DNA from: Acidobacteriota bacterium
Lineage (GTDB): Bacteria; Acidobacteriota; Vicinamibacteria; Vicinamibacterales; 2-12-FULL-66-21
NCBI GenBank assembly: GCA_031361295.1
Contig: JANMCN010000229.1
Location: 5,717-69,716, forward strand
Reading direction: 5' to 3'
DNA: 64,000 nt
The position numbers and the translations under genes were made by a program. Shown here piece after piece: positions 8,872 through 16,904 of the stretch. The notes under the pieces are model-generated. The model was not told the origin of the DNA. It saw nothing but the letters and a program-made list of their open reading frames with translations, and made no database searches. Every line of letters starts with the position of its first letter. Positions within the stretch are counted from its first letter, which is position 1.

Positions 8872-10080
8872 ATGTCCGCAGCGGCGCTTCGCATCCTGCA
8901 CGTCGTTCCGTACTACGAGCATGCGTGGGCGTATGGGGGTATTCCGCGCCTGGCGACCACCATGACGCGCACGCTCGCCCGCCGTGGGCATGCCGTGACC
9001 GTCTGCACCACGGATGTCCGCGACGAGCGCTCGCGCACGGCAGCGGCGCGCGAGTGGAGCCACGGTGTCGACGTGCGCATCTTCCGGAATGTGTCCAATC
9101 GGCTGGCCTACCACTTGCAGTTCTTCACTCCGATGGGCCTTCGCGCCCACCTGCGCGCCGTTGCCGCCTCATTCGACGTCGCGCACCTTCACGCCTGCCA
9201 TCACCTGCCCGGCGCCATCGCCGCCGCCGCGCTCACCCGGGCATCGGTGCCGTATGTGCTGTCGCCGAACGGCACGGCGCGGCCCATCGAGCGGCGCGTC
9301 GTGGCCAAGCGCGCATTCTCCGCCACGATGGGCAGACACGTGCTCAGCGGCGCAGCCCGTGTGCTCGCCGTGACCCGCGTCGAACATGACCAGCTCGCCA
9401 CGCTCGGGGTGGCCTCTTCCCGCATCACGGTCGTGCCAAACCCGCTCGACGACGAGAGGGACGCGCGACCCGACGCCGCGCGCTTTCGCTCCGCTCACGG
9501 ACTCGGCGACGGACGCCTCGTGCTGTTCCTGGGCAAGCTGACGCCGCGCAAGGGCGTCGAAGACTTGATTCAGGCGTTCAGCCGGTTGCGGCTGGCCGAT
9601 GCGATGCTCGTGATCGCCGGAAACGACATGGGCACGGGAGCGGCCTGCGACCGGCTCGTCAGACGCCTCGGACTCGAGGCGCGGGTGGTCCGCACGGGGC
9701 TGCTGCGTGACATCGAACGCCTCGATGCCCTGCACGCGGCCGACGTCGTCGTATATCCATCACGCGACGAGATCTTCGGGCTGGTTCCTCTCGAAGCGCT
9801 TCTCTGCGGCACGTCCGTTGTCGTATGCGGCGACAGCGGTTGTGGAGAAATCTTGGGCAGGGTCGGGGGCGGCCTGATCGTCGCGTACGGTATGCCGTCC
9901 GAGCTCAGCGAGGCGATCGCCGCCATTCTCTGCGATCCCGCCGGATGGAGTGATCGCGCCGCAGCGGCGGGGCGCAAGGCGCGGGCGTTCTTCGGCGCAG
10001 ACGTCGTGTGCGATCAGCTCGAGCGCGTCTACGCGGAGGTCTGCGGGGCGGGCGCAGCTGCCGAGCAGCTCCCCGCATGA
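8872..10080 (+). CDS. family 4 (GT-B) glycosyltransferase
   Basis: It starts LRILHVVPYYEHAWAYGGIPR. The C-terminal GT1/GT4 core is VVVYPSRDEIFGLVPLEALLCGTSVVV. Confidence 0.9.
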   Translation: MSAAALRILHVVPYYEHAWAYGGIPRLATTMTRTLARRGHAVTVCTTDVRDERSRTAAAREWSHGVDVRIFRNVSNRLAYHLQFFTPMGLRAHLRAVAASFDVAHLHACHHLPGAIAAAALTRASVPYVLSPNGTARPIERRVVAKRAFSATMGRHVLSGAARVLAVTRVEHDQLATLGVASSRITVVPNPLDDERDARPDAARFRSAHGLGDGRLVLFLGKLTPRKGVEDLIQAFSRLRLADAMLVIAGNDMGTGAACDRLVRRLGLEARVVRTGLLRDIERLDALHAADVVVYPSRDEIFGLVPLEALLCGTSVVVCGDSGCGEILGRVGGGLIVAYGMPSELSEAIAAILCDPAGWSDRAAAAGRKARAFFGADVVCDQLERVYAEVCGAGAAAEQLPA

Positions 10081-11879
10081 CACACAATCCGATCGGGGTG
10101 TCGTTCGTCATTCCGGTCCTCAACGGCCGCCGCACGCTGCGGTCCGCGCTCGACGCAGTGCTCGGGCAGCGCGACGGCAGGCCCTTCGAGATCATCGTCG
10201 TCGACGATGGCAGCACGGACGGGTCACTCGCGCTGCTGCAGGAGCGCGAAGGGGCCGGTCAGTTGAAGCTGATCCACGGACCCGGCATCGGCACCGCGGC
10301 CGCGATCAATGCCGGCATCCGCGAGGCATCCCACCCGATCGTCTGCCAGGTTGACCAGGACGTCATCGTCCACGCCGGGTGGCTCACGTCGCTGGCGAGC
10401 CGCTTCGCCGATCCCGATATCGCTGCCGCACAAGGACAATACGTGGTCGCAGGCGGAGCGGGGTTCTGGGCACGGGCAATGGGCCGCGACCTCGAACATC
10501 GCTATTTCCGGATGGGCGGCGGTGACGCGGACCACGTCTGCACCGGCAACACCGCCTACCGCGCCACCGCGCTCCACAGCGTGGACCTTCTGGATGAACG
10601 CCTCGGGTACGGATACGACAACGATTTGAGCTACAGGCTGGCGGCGCGGGGACATCGCCTCGTGTACTGCCCGGACGCTCTGAGCACGCATCACTGGCGT
10701 GAAGAGTTCGGGACGTATCTTCGGCAGCAGTTCGGCGTCGGGTACGGGCGTCTCGATGTCGTGGCCCGTCACCCGCTGCGCGTCCGGGGAGACGATGTGT
10801 CGGGGGCCGTCATGATGCTGCATGGTCCGGCCATGCTCCTGGCGTGGCTGCTCATGAGCACGGCCGCTGTCGCCGCGGCCGCCGGTCTCCCGTGGCGGGC
10901 ATCCGCGGAGTCGGCGCTCCTCCTCATCGCGGTCCTCGCGGGCGAGCGGGCGGTCGCGGGTGTCGCAGCCTGGATCCGGACGAAGGACGGCGCAGCGCTC
11001 GGCTTCCCGGTTGCTCACCTTGCGCGCGACTGCGCGTGGGCCGTGGCCATCGTGCTCTGGGGTGCCCGGCTCATCACGCGGCAGCGCCCTGCGCCGTCAC
11101 ACTCGATGCCGCGCCGTTCGGTGGTCGCGCCTCACGCGGCCGCGCGTGCGGCCCGCCACGGCATCCGTCGCGGGTCCCTGCTGGTGGTGGTCCCGGCATT
11201 CAACGAGGCGTCGAATCTCCCACGAGTGGTCTCCGATGTCCGCCGCGCGCTGCCGGAAGCGGACGTGCTGATCGTCAACGATGGTTCGAGCGATGCGACT
11301 GAGAGTCTGCTGCCCAGTCTCGGTGTGCCCTGGCTCACGATGTCGCAGCGGGTGGGCGTCGGCGGAGCGGTGCGCACGGGCATCCGGTACGCGGCGCGGC
11401 GGGGCTATCGATACGTCGTCCGCGTGGACGGAGACGCGCAGCACAGGGCCTGCGACATCGGGCGGTTGCTCGTTCCTGTACTCTCGGGTCACGCGGATGC
11501 GGCCATCGGATCACGATTTCTTGCACGCGGTTCTGGCGGGGGCCTCCGGCGCATGAGCCAGTTGGCGCTCGCCGGGCTGCTGACGCTGCTGACCGGACGA
11601 CGGGTCACCGATCCCACGTCGGGCTTCTGGCTCTTTGGCCCCCGCGCGCTCGCCCTCCTCGCGCGCCATCATCCGGGCGGGTATGCCGAGCCTGAGCTCG
11701 TGCTCCTCCTCAGCCGCAACGGTGTGCGCGTCGTGGAGGTGCCCATCCGCATGAGGCCGAGACTCGCCGGTCGGACCTCGCTGACGGCGCCGCGGGCTCT
11801 CATCGCGCTCGCCCGGACGGTGCTCGCGCTGATCGTCGTCCCATTCAGAGGCACCGTGGAGGGCGAACCGGGTGACTGA
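10077..11879 (+). CDS. fusion of a synthase-like GT2 domain, a TM segment block and a GtrB/ArnC/Dpm1-like GT2 domain
   Basis: Domain 1 reads VSFVIPVLNGRRTL...IIVVDDGSTDGS...VDQDV...RQQFGVGYG. About 4 hydrophobic helices follow. Domain 2 reads LLVVVPAFNEASNL...LIVNDGSSDAT...RVDGDAQH...DPTSGFWLF. The start is the ATG at 10077, which makes an ATGA overlap with the previous stop. The track start is 10008. Confidence 0.8.
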   Translation: MTHNPIGVSFVIPVLNGRRTLRSALDAVLGQRDGRPFEIIVVDDGSTDGSLALLQEREGAGQLKLIHGPGIGTAAAINAGIREASHPIVCQVDQDVIVHAGWLTSLASRFADPDIAAAQGQYVVAGGAGFWARAMGRDLEHRYFRMGGGDADHVCTGNTAYRATALHSVDLLDERLGYGYDNDLSYRLAARGHRLVYCPDALSTHHWREEFGTYLRQQFGVGYGRLDVVARHPLRVRGDDVSGAVMMLHGPAMLLAWLLMSTAAVAAAAGLPWRASAESALLLIAVLAGERAVAGVAAWIRTKDGAALGFPVAHLARDCAWAVAIVLWGARLITRQRPAPSHSMPRRSVVAPHAAARAARHGIRRGSLLVVVPAFNEASNLPRVVSDVRRALPEADVLIVNDGSSDATESLLPSLGVPWLTMSQRVGVGGAVRTGIRYAARRGYRYVVRVDGDAQHRACDIGRLLVPVLSGHADAAIGSRFLARGSGGGLRRMSQLALAGLLTLLTGRRVTDPTSGFWLFGPRALALLARHHPGGYAEPELVLLLSRNGVRVVEVPIRMRPRLAGRTSLTAPRALIALARTVLALIVVPFRGTVEGEPGD

Positions 11880-12336
11880 CGTCGTCCAGGTGGTGTCGAT
11901 TACGGTCAGCGGAGCGCTCCTGGTCGCGGTCATCGAGCTGGTGCGGCGGCGCGCGCTGACGGAGGAGTACTCCTTCATCTGGATCGTCTGCGCCGGCGCG
12001 CTGCTCGCGCTGTCGCTCTGGCGAAACGTGCTGGAGCTCGCCGCGGCGGCACTCGGCGTCCACTACCCGCCCGCGGTCCTGCTGCTGGTACTCACCCTGT
12101 TCGTCGTCGTCGTCTCGCTGTACTTCTCGGTGGTCGTGTCGCGGCAGCGCAAGCAAATCGAGAGGCTGGTTGAAGAGATGGCGCTGATCGACGCCGAAGT
12201 GAGGCAGTTACGGGACCGCACCAGCCGCACGCAGAGTCGTGAAGGTCGCACTTTGAAACCGGAACTGTCGTCAGTCCGACCCGTACCTCCCGCGGAAGTG
12301 GTGCCACGCCCCTCGGGCGACCGCGGAAAGACCTGA
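11872..12336 (+). CDS. small membrane protein, DUF2304-like
   Basis: It has three or four hydrophobic helices followed by a charged helix (SRQRKQIERLVEEMALIDAEVRQLR). The position directly after a GtrB-like GT2 is the usual DUF2304 context. It starts at a GTG and overlaps the upstream gene by 8 nt. Its 3' tail overlaps the convergent gene by 66 nt. Confidence 0.6.
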   Translation: MTDVVQVVSITVSGALLVAVIELVRRRALTEEYSFIWIVCAGALLALSLWRNVLELAAAALGVHYPPAVLLLVLTLFVVVVSLYFSVVVSRQRKQIERLVEEMALIDAEVRQLRDRTSRTQSREGRTLKPELSSVRPVPPAEVVPRPSGDRGKT

Positions 12337-14547
12337 GGGCACGCGCACTTCTGGCGAGAGGATCGCGTGCGCGGCGTTCAGCCCAATCACCGCGGCTGCT
12401 CCGATCGCCCTTCGGGCGGGCGCCCCGACCCGCGCCTGAAGCTTCAGGTGGTTGCGCGTCGCAAAGTACACGCGACGCGACGAGCGCCGGCCAATGGTGC
12501 TCGCTCCTTCGTGATACGCGACAGAGGCAAGCACGCATGCCGACTGGAAGCCGGCATCGGCTGCGCGAAGGCAGAAGTCAATATCTTCGAAAGAGAAGAA
12601 GTAATCCTCATCCAGCAGGCCGGCCGCCTCGAACACCGACCGGCGAATCAGCATCACGCACCCGCTGACGCCATTGATGGCCTCCGGGGCGCGGCCGAGC
12701 GCCGCAACCGTCCTGCCCGATCCCCGCTGCCGCATCCGTCCGGTCGTGCGGGAGTATCGAATCCCGGCCGACGCGATTCGCCCGGGTTCTTCGCGCGAGA
12801 GAAGAAGCGGCGCCACGATGCCCAGCGTGACGTCAGCCTCGAAGGCGGCCAGCAGGTGTTCGATGGCGTCCGGTGCCAGGACCACGTCGCTGTTCACGAG
12901 CAGCACGTGGTCCGCACCCGCCTCCAGCGCCGACCGGATTCCGACGTTACAGCCGCCGGCGAAGCCGAGGTTGAGGCCCGTTTCGACAATCTCCACGCGA
13001 GTCAGCGCCTCGCGGAGCATGGCCGCGGATCCATCACCGGATCCGTTGTCGACGACGAGAATCCGGTCCGGCGGCCTGTAGGACGTCTGCAGCGAGCGGA
13101 CGGCGAGCCACGTCTGTTCGGGCGTGCGGTAATTGAGGACCACGGCCGCCAGTACGGAGGCGACGGACGGCTTGGGCGCAGCAGGCGCCGGCGCGATGCC
13201 CCGCGGAGCCGGCGTCATCTCCGCGTACATGGCGCGCAGCCGCGCGGCGTCCGCGTCGATCGACATCGGCTTGACGATCCCGGCGCGAAGGCGGTCCAGG
13301 AGTCCGGGCTCCTCGATCAGCCGGCGGAGACACGCCGCAAGCGCCGCGGCGTCCCCCGGTGGGAACAGCAGGCCGTCAACGCCGTCGTTGACCATCTCCG
13401 CCATGCCACCCAGGTCCGACGCAACGGCCGGCGCGCCGGCTGCGAACGCCTCCCGGATGATGAACGGCGCATTCTCGATCCACACGGAGGGCACAACGAG
13501 GACGTCCACGTCGTGCAGAACCGCCGGCATCCGTTCGTGCGGAACGGGGCCGAGGCGGCGGATGGCCGGATGGCCCAGCCGTAACGTGAGGGAGTCTGCG
13601 TAGGTCTGCTGACCGTGGTAGGCGGCGGTCCCGCCGAGAAGATCGACGACGATCGACCCTGGCGGAAGGAGGTCAACCGCGTCCAGGAGAACGTGCGGGG
13701 CCTTGGACGGCGTGAGCCCTCCGGCAAATGCCACGCGCAAGGGGACAGAGGGAGACCGGCGCTGCCCCTCGAACGGCGCGAGCGAAATGCCCTGGTCGCA
13801 GCGCTCCATTCGGTCGGTCGGCACCCCGAAACGCTTGAATACGGCGGCAATCGTTTCTGACGGCGCCAGGACCCGGTTGACGCCGTCAACCGAGTGCCTC
13901 ATGTGCCGCAGCCGCTCCTCGGTCGCCCCGCACGTTGTCGCTGGCGGCCGGAGCGCTTCCACGACTCGCTCAGCGAGGTGTACTGCGCGGGTAGCTCCCG
14001 GAATCGGCAGGCGCCTCAGGAACCGTCCTGCCGCGTACGAACGCGGCCCGGCCAGTGCCGCCGCCGGGATACAGCGTGCGCAGCCGCCATCGAACGGTCC
14101 CTCGCACCGGGCCCCATCCAGGTCGAACAACTGCCCGCGGTGGCAGACCAGCCAGTAGTCGTTCAGCGTCAGCACGACCGGAATGCCCCGCCGCGCGGCC
14201 TCGCGGGGCAGGTGCGTGGACAGGCACGTCAGATGCTGGACGTGCACGACATCTGGTTCAAACTCGTCCAGCAGACCCCCGGCGACGCGCAGAAGGCGCG
14301 GGTTTTCGTAGCTCTCTGCAAAAGTCGCACAGGACTGGAACGTGTTGTTGATGCTGAACACCCTGACCGGCCCGACGCGACGCCGTCGGACGGCCAGTTC
14401 CGGCTGCTCCGAATCGGCGTGGCGGGTCAGCACCGCGACGTCGGTGCCGGGCATCGCCGACAGCGCGAGGGCGAGGTCGCGGACGTAGACTTCCGTTCCG
14501 CCATGCGCGGCGGGCGGAAAGCCGTGGACGACCAGCATGACGCGCAT
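12271..14547 (-). CDS. bifunctional GT4 (N-terminal) and GT2 (C-terminal) glycosyltransferase
   Basis: The ATG at 14547 gives MRVMLVVHGFPPAAHGGTEVYVRDLA and a GT4 core (VVPSVWIENAPFIIREAFAAGAPAVASDLGGMAEMV). The GT2 part reads AAVVLNYRTPEQT...ILVVDNGSGDGS...FFFSFEDIDFCLR. The start makes an ATGA overlap with the upstream stop. The track start at 14838 is over-extended. Confidence 0.85.
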   Translation of the reverse strand: MRVMLVVHGFPPAAHGGTEVYVRDLALALSAMPGTDVAVLTRHADSEQPELAVRRRRVGPVRVFSINNTFQSCATFAESYENPRLLRVAGGLLDEFEPDVVHVQHLTCLSTHLPREAARRGIPVVLTLNDYWLVCHRGQLFDLDGARCEGPFDGGCARCIPAAALAGPRSYAAGRFLRRLPIPGATRAVHLAERVVEALRPPATTCGATEERLRHMRHSVDGVNRVLAPSETIAAVFKRFGVPTDRMERCDQGISLAPFEGQRRSPSVPLRVAFAGGLTPSKAPHVLLDAVDLLPPGSIVVDLLGGTAAYHGQQTYADSLTLRLGHPAIRRLGPVPHERMPAVLHDVDVLVVPSVWIENAPFIIREAFAAGAPAVASDLGGMAEMVNDGVDGLLFPPGDAAALAACLRRLIEEPGLLDRLRAGIVKPMSIDADAARLRAMYAEMTPAPRGIAPAPAAPKPSVASVLAAVVLNYRTPEQTWLAVRSLQTSYRPPDRILVVDNGSGDGSAAMLREALTRVEIVETGLNLGFAGGCNVGIRSALEAGADHVLLVNSDVVLAPDAIEHLLAAFEADVTLGIVAPLLLSREEPGRIASAGIRYSRTTGRMRQRGSGRTVAALGRAPEAINGVSGCVMLIRRSVFEAAGLLDEDYFFSFEDIDFCLRAADAGFQSACVLASVAYHEGASTIGRRSSRRVYFATRNHLKLQARVGAPARRAIGAAAVIGLNAAHAILSPEVRVPSGLSAVARGAWHHFRGRYGSD

Positions 14548-15470
14548 CAGATGCGCCCCGTGCGCAGCCAGGCCCGGCCGTCGCGGGAAGACCGGGCGCC
14601 GAGATACTGGCCGAGAGGCAGCGCCACGCCGAGCGCGGCATTCCGGACGGCGCCTCGACACCGGCCCTGCTCGTCGGCCAGCGCGAGCCGGACGTTCGCG
14701 GGAACCGTCGCCGCAATCGCCCGCAGCAGCGAGGGCACGCTGGGGATCGTGGCCAGCCCGAACAGCGCGTGCAGCCGCTGATGCACGAGGTAGGTTCTCT
14801 GGAACTCGTACGTCACAGGCCGCTCGTGCGAGTGCCACACGATCGCCTCCGGCGCATAGGCGATCCTGTACCCGGCGAGGAGCACTTCACGGGCCCATTC
14901 GAGGTCCTCCGCAATGGGCGTCGCGCGGAACGGATGTGCACGCCACACGGTTAGCCGGACGCAGGCGCACACATTGTCGAACGCGCATGCGATGAGTCGC
15001 TCCGCCGGTGACATCGCCTCGTACTGTTCCGCGGTGAGCGGCCCGACGACTCTCGAGGCTGGCTGCGCGGCCACCCATCGCGACAGGTACTCCCTCGTGA
15101 GCCGTCGTGCGCCGTGGGCCGGACACTGCCGGCCGAAGCTCCCGGCCACCCGCTCGTCCGCGAGCAACGGCGCGATCAGTGCCTGCAGCCACTCGGACGA
15201 AGCGGGCACGGCATCCTGCACGAGCAGAACGGCGAACTCACCCTCGGCCAGCGCCAGACCCTGATTGCGCGTGGTCCCGTGGTTGAAATCACAGGGGCGC
15301 ACATCAAGCACCCGCGCGCCGCGGCGACGCAGCCGCTCGAGCGTGCCGTCGGTCGATCCGGAGTCCACGCCGACGACGCGACAGGCGAAGTCGCCGACCT
15401 GGCCGTCCACGGCGTCCAGCAGATCGTGAAGCCCCCCGCCGGCGTTGAGCGTGGGGATGACAACCGACAC
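14547..15470 (-). CDS. family 2 glycosyltransferase
   Basis: The GT2 N-terminus is SVVIPTLNAGGGLHDLLDAVDGQ...VVGVDSGSTDGT. It uses a GTG start. Confidence 0.85.
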   Translation of the reverse strand: MSVVIPTLNAGGGLHDLLDAVDGQVGDFACRVVGVDSGSTDGTLERLRRRGARVLDVRPCDFNHGTTRNQGLALAEGEFAVLLVQDAVPASSEWLQALIAPLLADERVAGSFGRQCPAHGARRLTREYLSRWVAAQPASRVVGPLTAEQYEAMSPAERLIACAFDNVCACVRLTVWRAHPFRATPIAEDLEWAREVLLAGYRIAYAPEAIVWHSHERPVTYEFQRTYLVHQRLHALFGLATIPSVPSLLRAIAATVPANVRLALADEQGRCRGAVRNAALGVALPLGQYLGARSSRDGRAWLRTGRI

Positions 15471-15478
15471 GACGGGTC

Positions 15479-16900
15479 TCAGAGATATCCCCCTGATGCT
15501 CGAGTCTCTGACGCGGTCTCGATGGGGGCGTCAGCGCGCTCCATCGCGACGTGCCTGCGTCGCAGGCTCTGGTATCTGGCCTGCCATTCGGCGGCGTCCT
15601 CGGCGATCGACTTCACTGGCGGGCTTGCGGCAGCCAGCCGTTCGCGCAACCCGGAGTCGGCGAGCAGCCGCCTCAATGCGTTGCGCAGCGAGTCCGCCGA
15701 AAATGGGTCCGCGAGCAGACCGTTTACTCCGTCAGTCACGAGGTCAGGTATGCCGCCGGTGCGCGACCCGACGACCGGTACGCCATGCATGAACGCCTCG
15801 TGGATCACGAGTGGTGAGTTCTCCGGCCAGAGCGACGGCACGGCGAGCACGTCGAGGGCGCCGTAGATGTGGGCGACCTCGCGGCGGTCGAAGCCGCCGT
15901 GGAAGACGACCGGCAGGCGGGCGGCGGCGCGGCGGAGAGCGGCGACGTATTCCGGAAAGGTCGAGGCGTCGCCGTGGAGATGGATTTCGAAAGAGCCTTC
16001 CAGCAGCCGTGCGGCGTCGAGCAGGACGTGCACGCCCTTGTGCCAGACCAGCGTGCCCACGAAGCCGATGCGCACCGGAGACCCGGCGTCGCGCGCGACG
16101 CGTGTGGAAGCGGGTGACCGGGCGAATCCGTAGTCGGAGATCTCCACCCGACCATCATCGACGCCGAGGCGCACCAGCTCGGCGCCGATGGAGGCCGAAG
16201 GGGCCACGAAGAGATCCACGGTTTCGAAGACGTGTCGTGCGCAGGCCAGGCGGCGACGGATATCGGACGGCAGGACCGGCGCCGCACCGATTGAGCGCGC
16301 GGCCGCCACGGCGGTCGCCGGCGCGAGGCGCCGCAGCAGCAGTCCAGCGCGCCCGATGACGCGCCCCGCAGACGCCCGCGTGAGCCGGCCCGCCGACATC
16401 TGCGAATACCAAGGCGACTGCACGAAGCATCGGCTGCAGCGTACCGGGTCGATCTCCGCGCACACATGCTCCTCCGCCACGTGCACTCTCTGGCCGCCGG
16501 AAGGGCAGACGAGCGTGTAATCGTGCACCGTGGCCGCCACGACCGCTCCCCGTTCCCTCGCCAGCCGCGGGAGGTCGAACGACAGATTGAGCAGGTTGTG
16601 GACGTGGAGCACGTCCGGCCGCACCGCGTCGAGGGCGTGGGCGAGCTGCGCGTTCATCCGGGGAGAACTATAGGTGTCTTCGAAGCTCCGGAACTCCCAG
16701 TTGTTGACGACCTCGATGACGGTGAGGCCGCCGACCGTGCGCCAGCGCAGCGTACCGTGAGCCGCCGCGGGATCGTACTCGGCGGCAAGCACGAAGACGT
16801 CGTCCTGGAGCGCCTGCTGACGGGCGAGCTCGAAAGCGTAGATCTCCGAACCGGCCCGGTGGCGCGGGAGAAAATCGTGAATCGCGTGCAGCACTCGCAT
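15479..16900 (-). CDS. family 4 (GT-B) glycosyltransferase
   Basis: The ATG at 16900 gives MRVLHAIHDFLPRHRAGSEIYAFELAR. The C-terminal core is LAVPSLWPENSPLVIHEAFMHGVPVVGSRTGGIPDLV. The track start at 17395 reads through the TPR gene in another frame. Confidence 0.85.
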   Translation of the reverse strand: MRVLHAIHDFLPRHRAGSEIYAFELARQQALQDDVFVLAAEYDPAAAHGTLRWRTVGGLTVIEVVNNWEFRSFEDTYSSPRMNAQLAHALDAVRPDVLHVHNLLNLSFDLPRLARERGAVVAATVHDYTLVCPSGGQRVHVAEEHVCAEIDPVRCSRCFVQSPWYSQMSAGRLTRASAGRVIGRAGLLLRRLAPATAVAAARSIGAAPVLPSDIRRRLACARHVFETVDLFVAPSASIGAELVRLGVDDGRVEISDYGFARSPASTRVARDAGSPVRIGFVGTLVWHKGVHVLLDAARLLEGSFEIHLHGDASTFPEYVAALRRAAARLPVVFHGGFDRREVAHIYGALDVLAVPSLWPENSPLVIHEAFMHGVPVVGSRTGGIPDLVTDGVNGLLADPFSADSLRNALRRLLADSGLRERLAAASPPVKSIAEDAAEWQARYQSLRRRHVAMERADAPIETASETRASGGYL

Positions 16901-16904
16901 GGGG

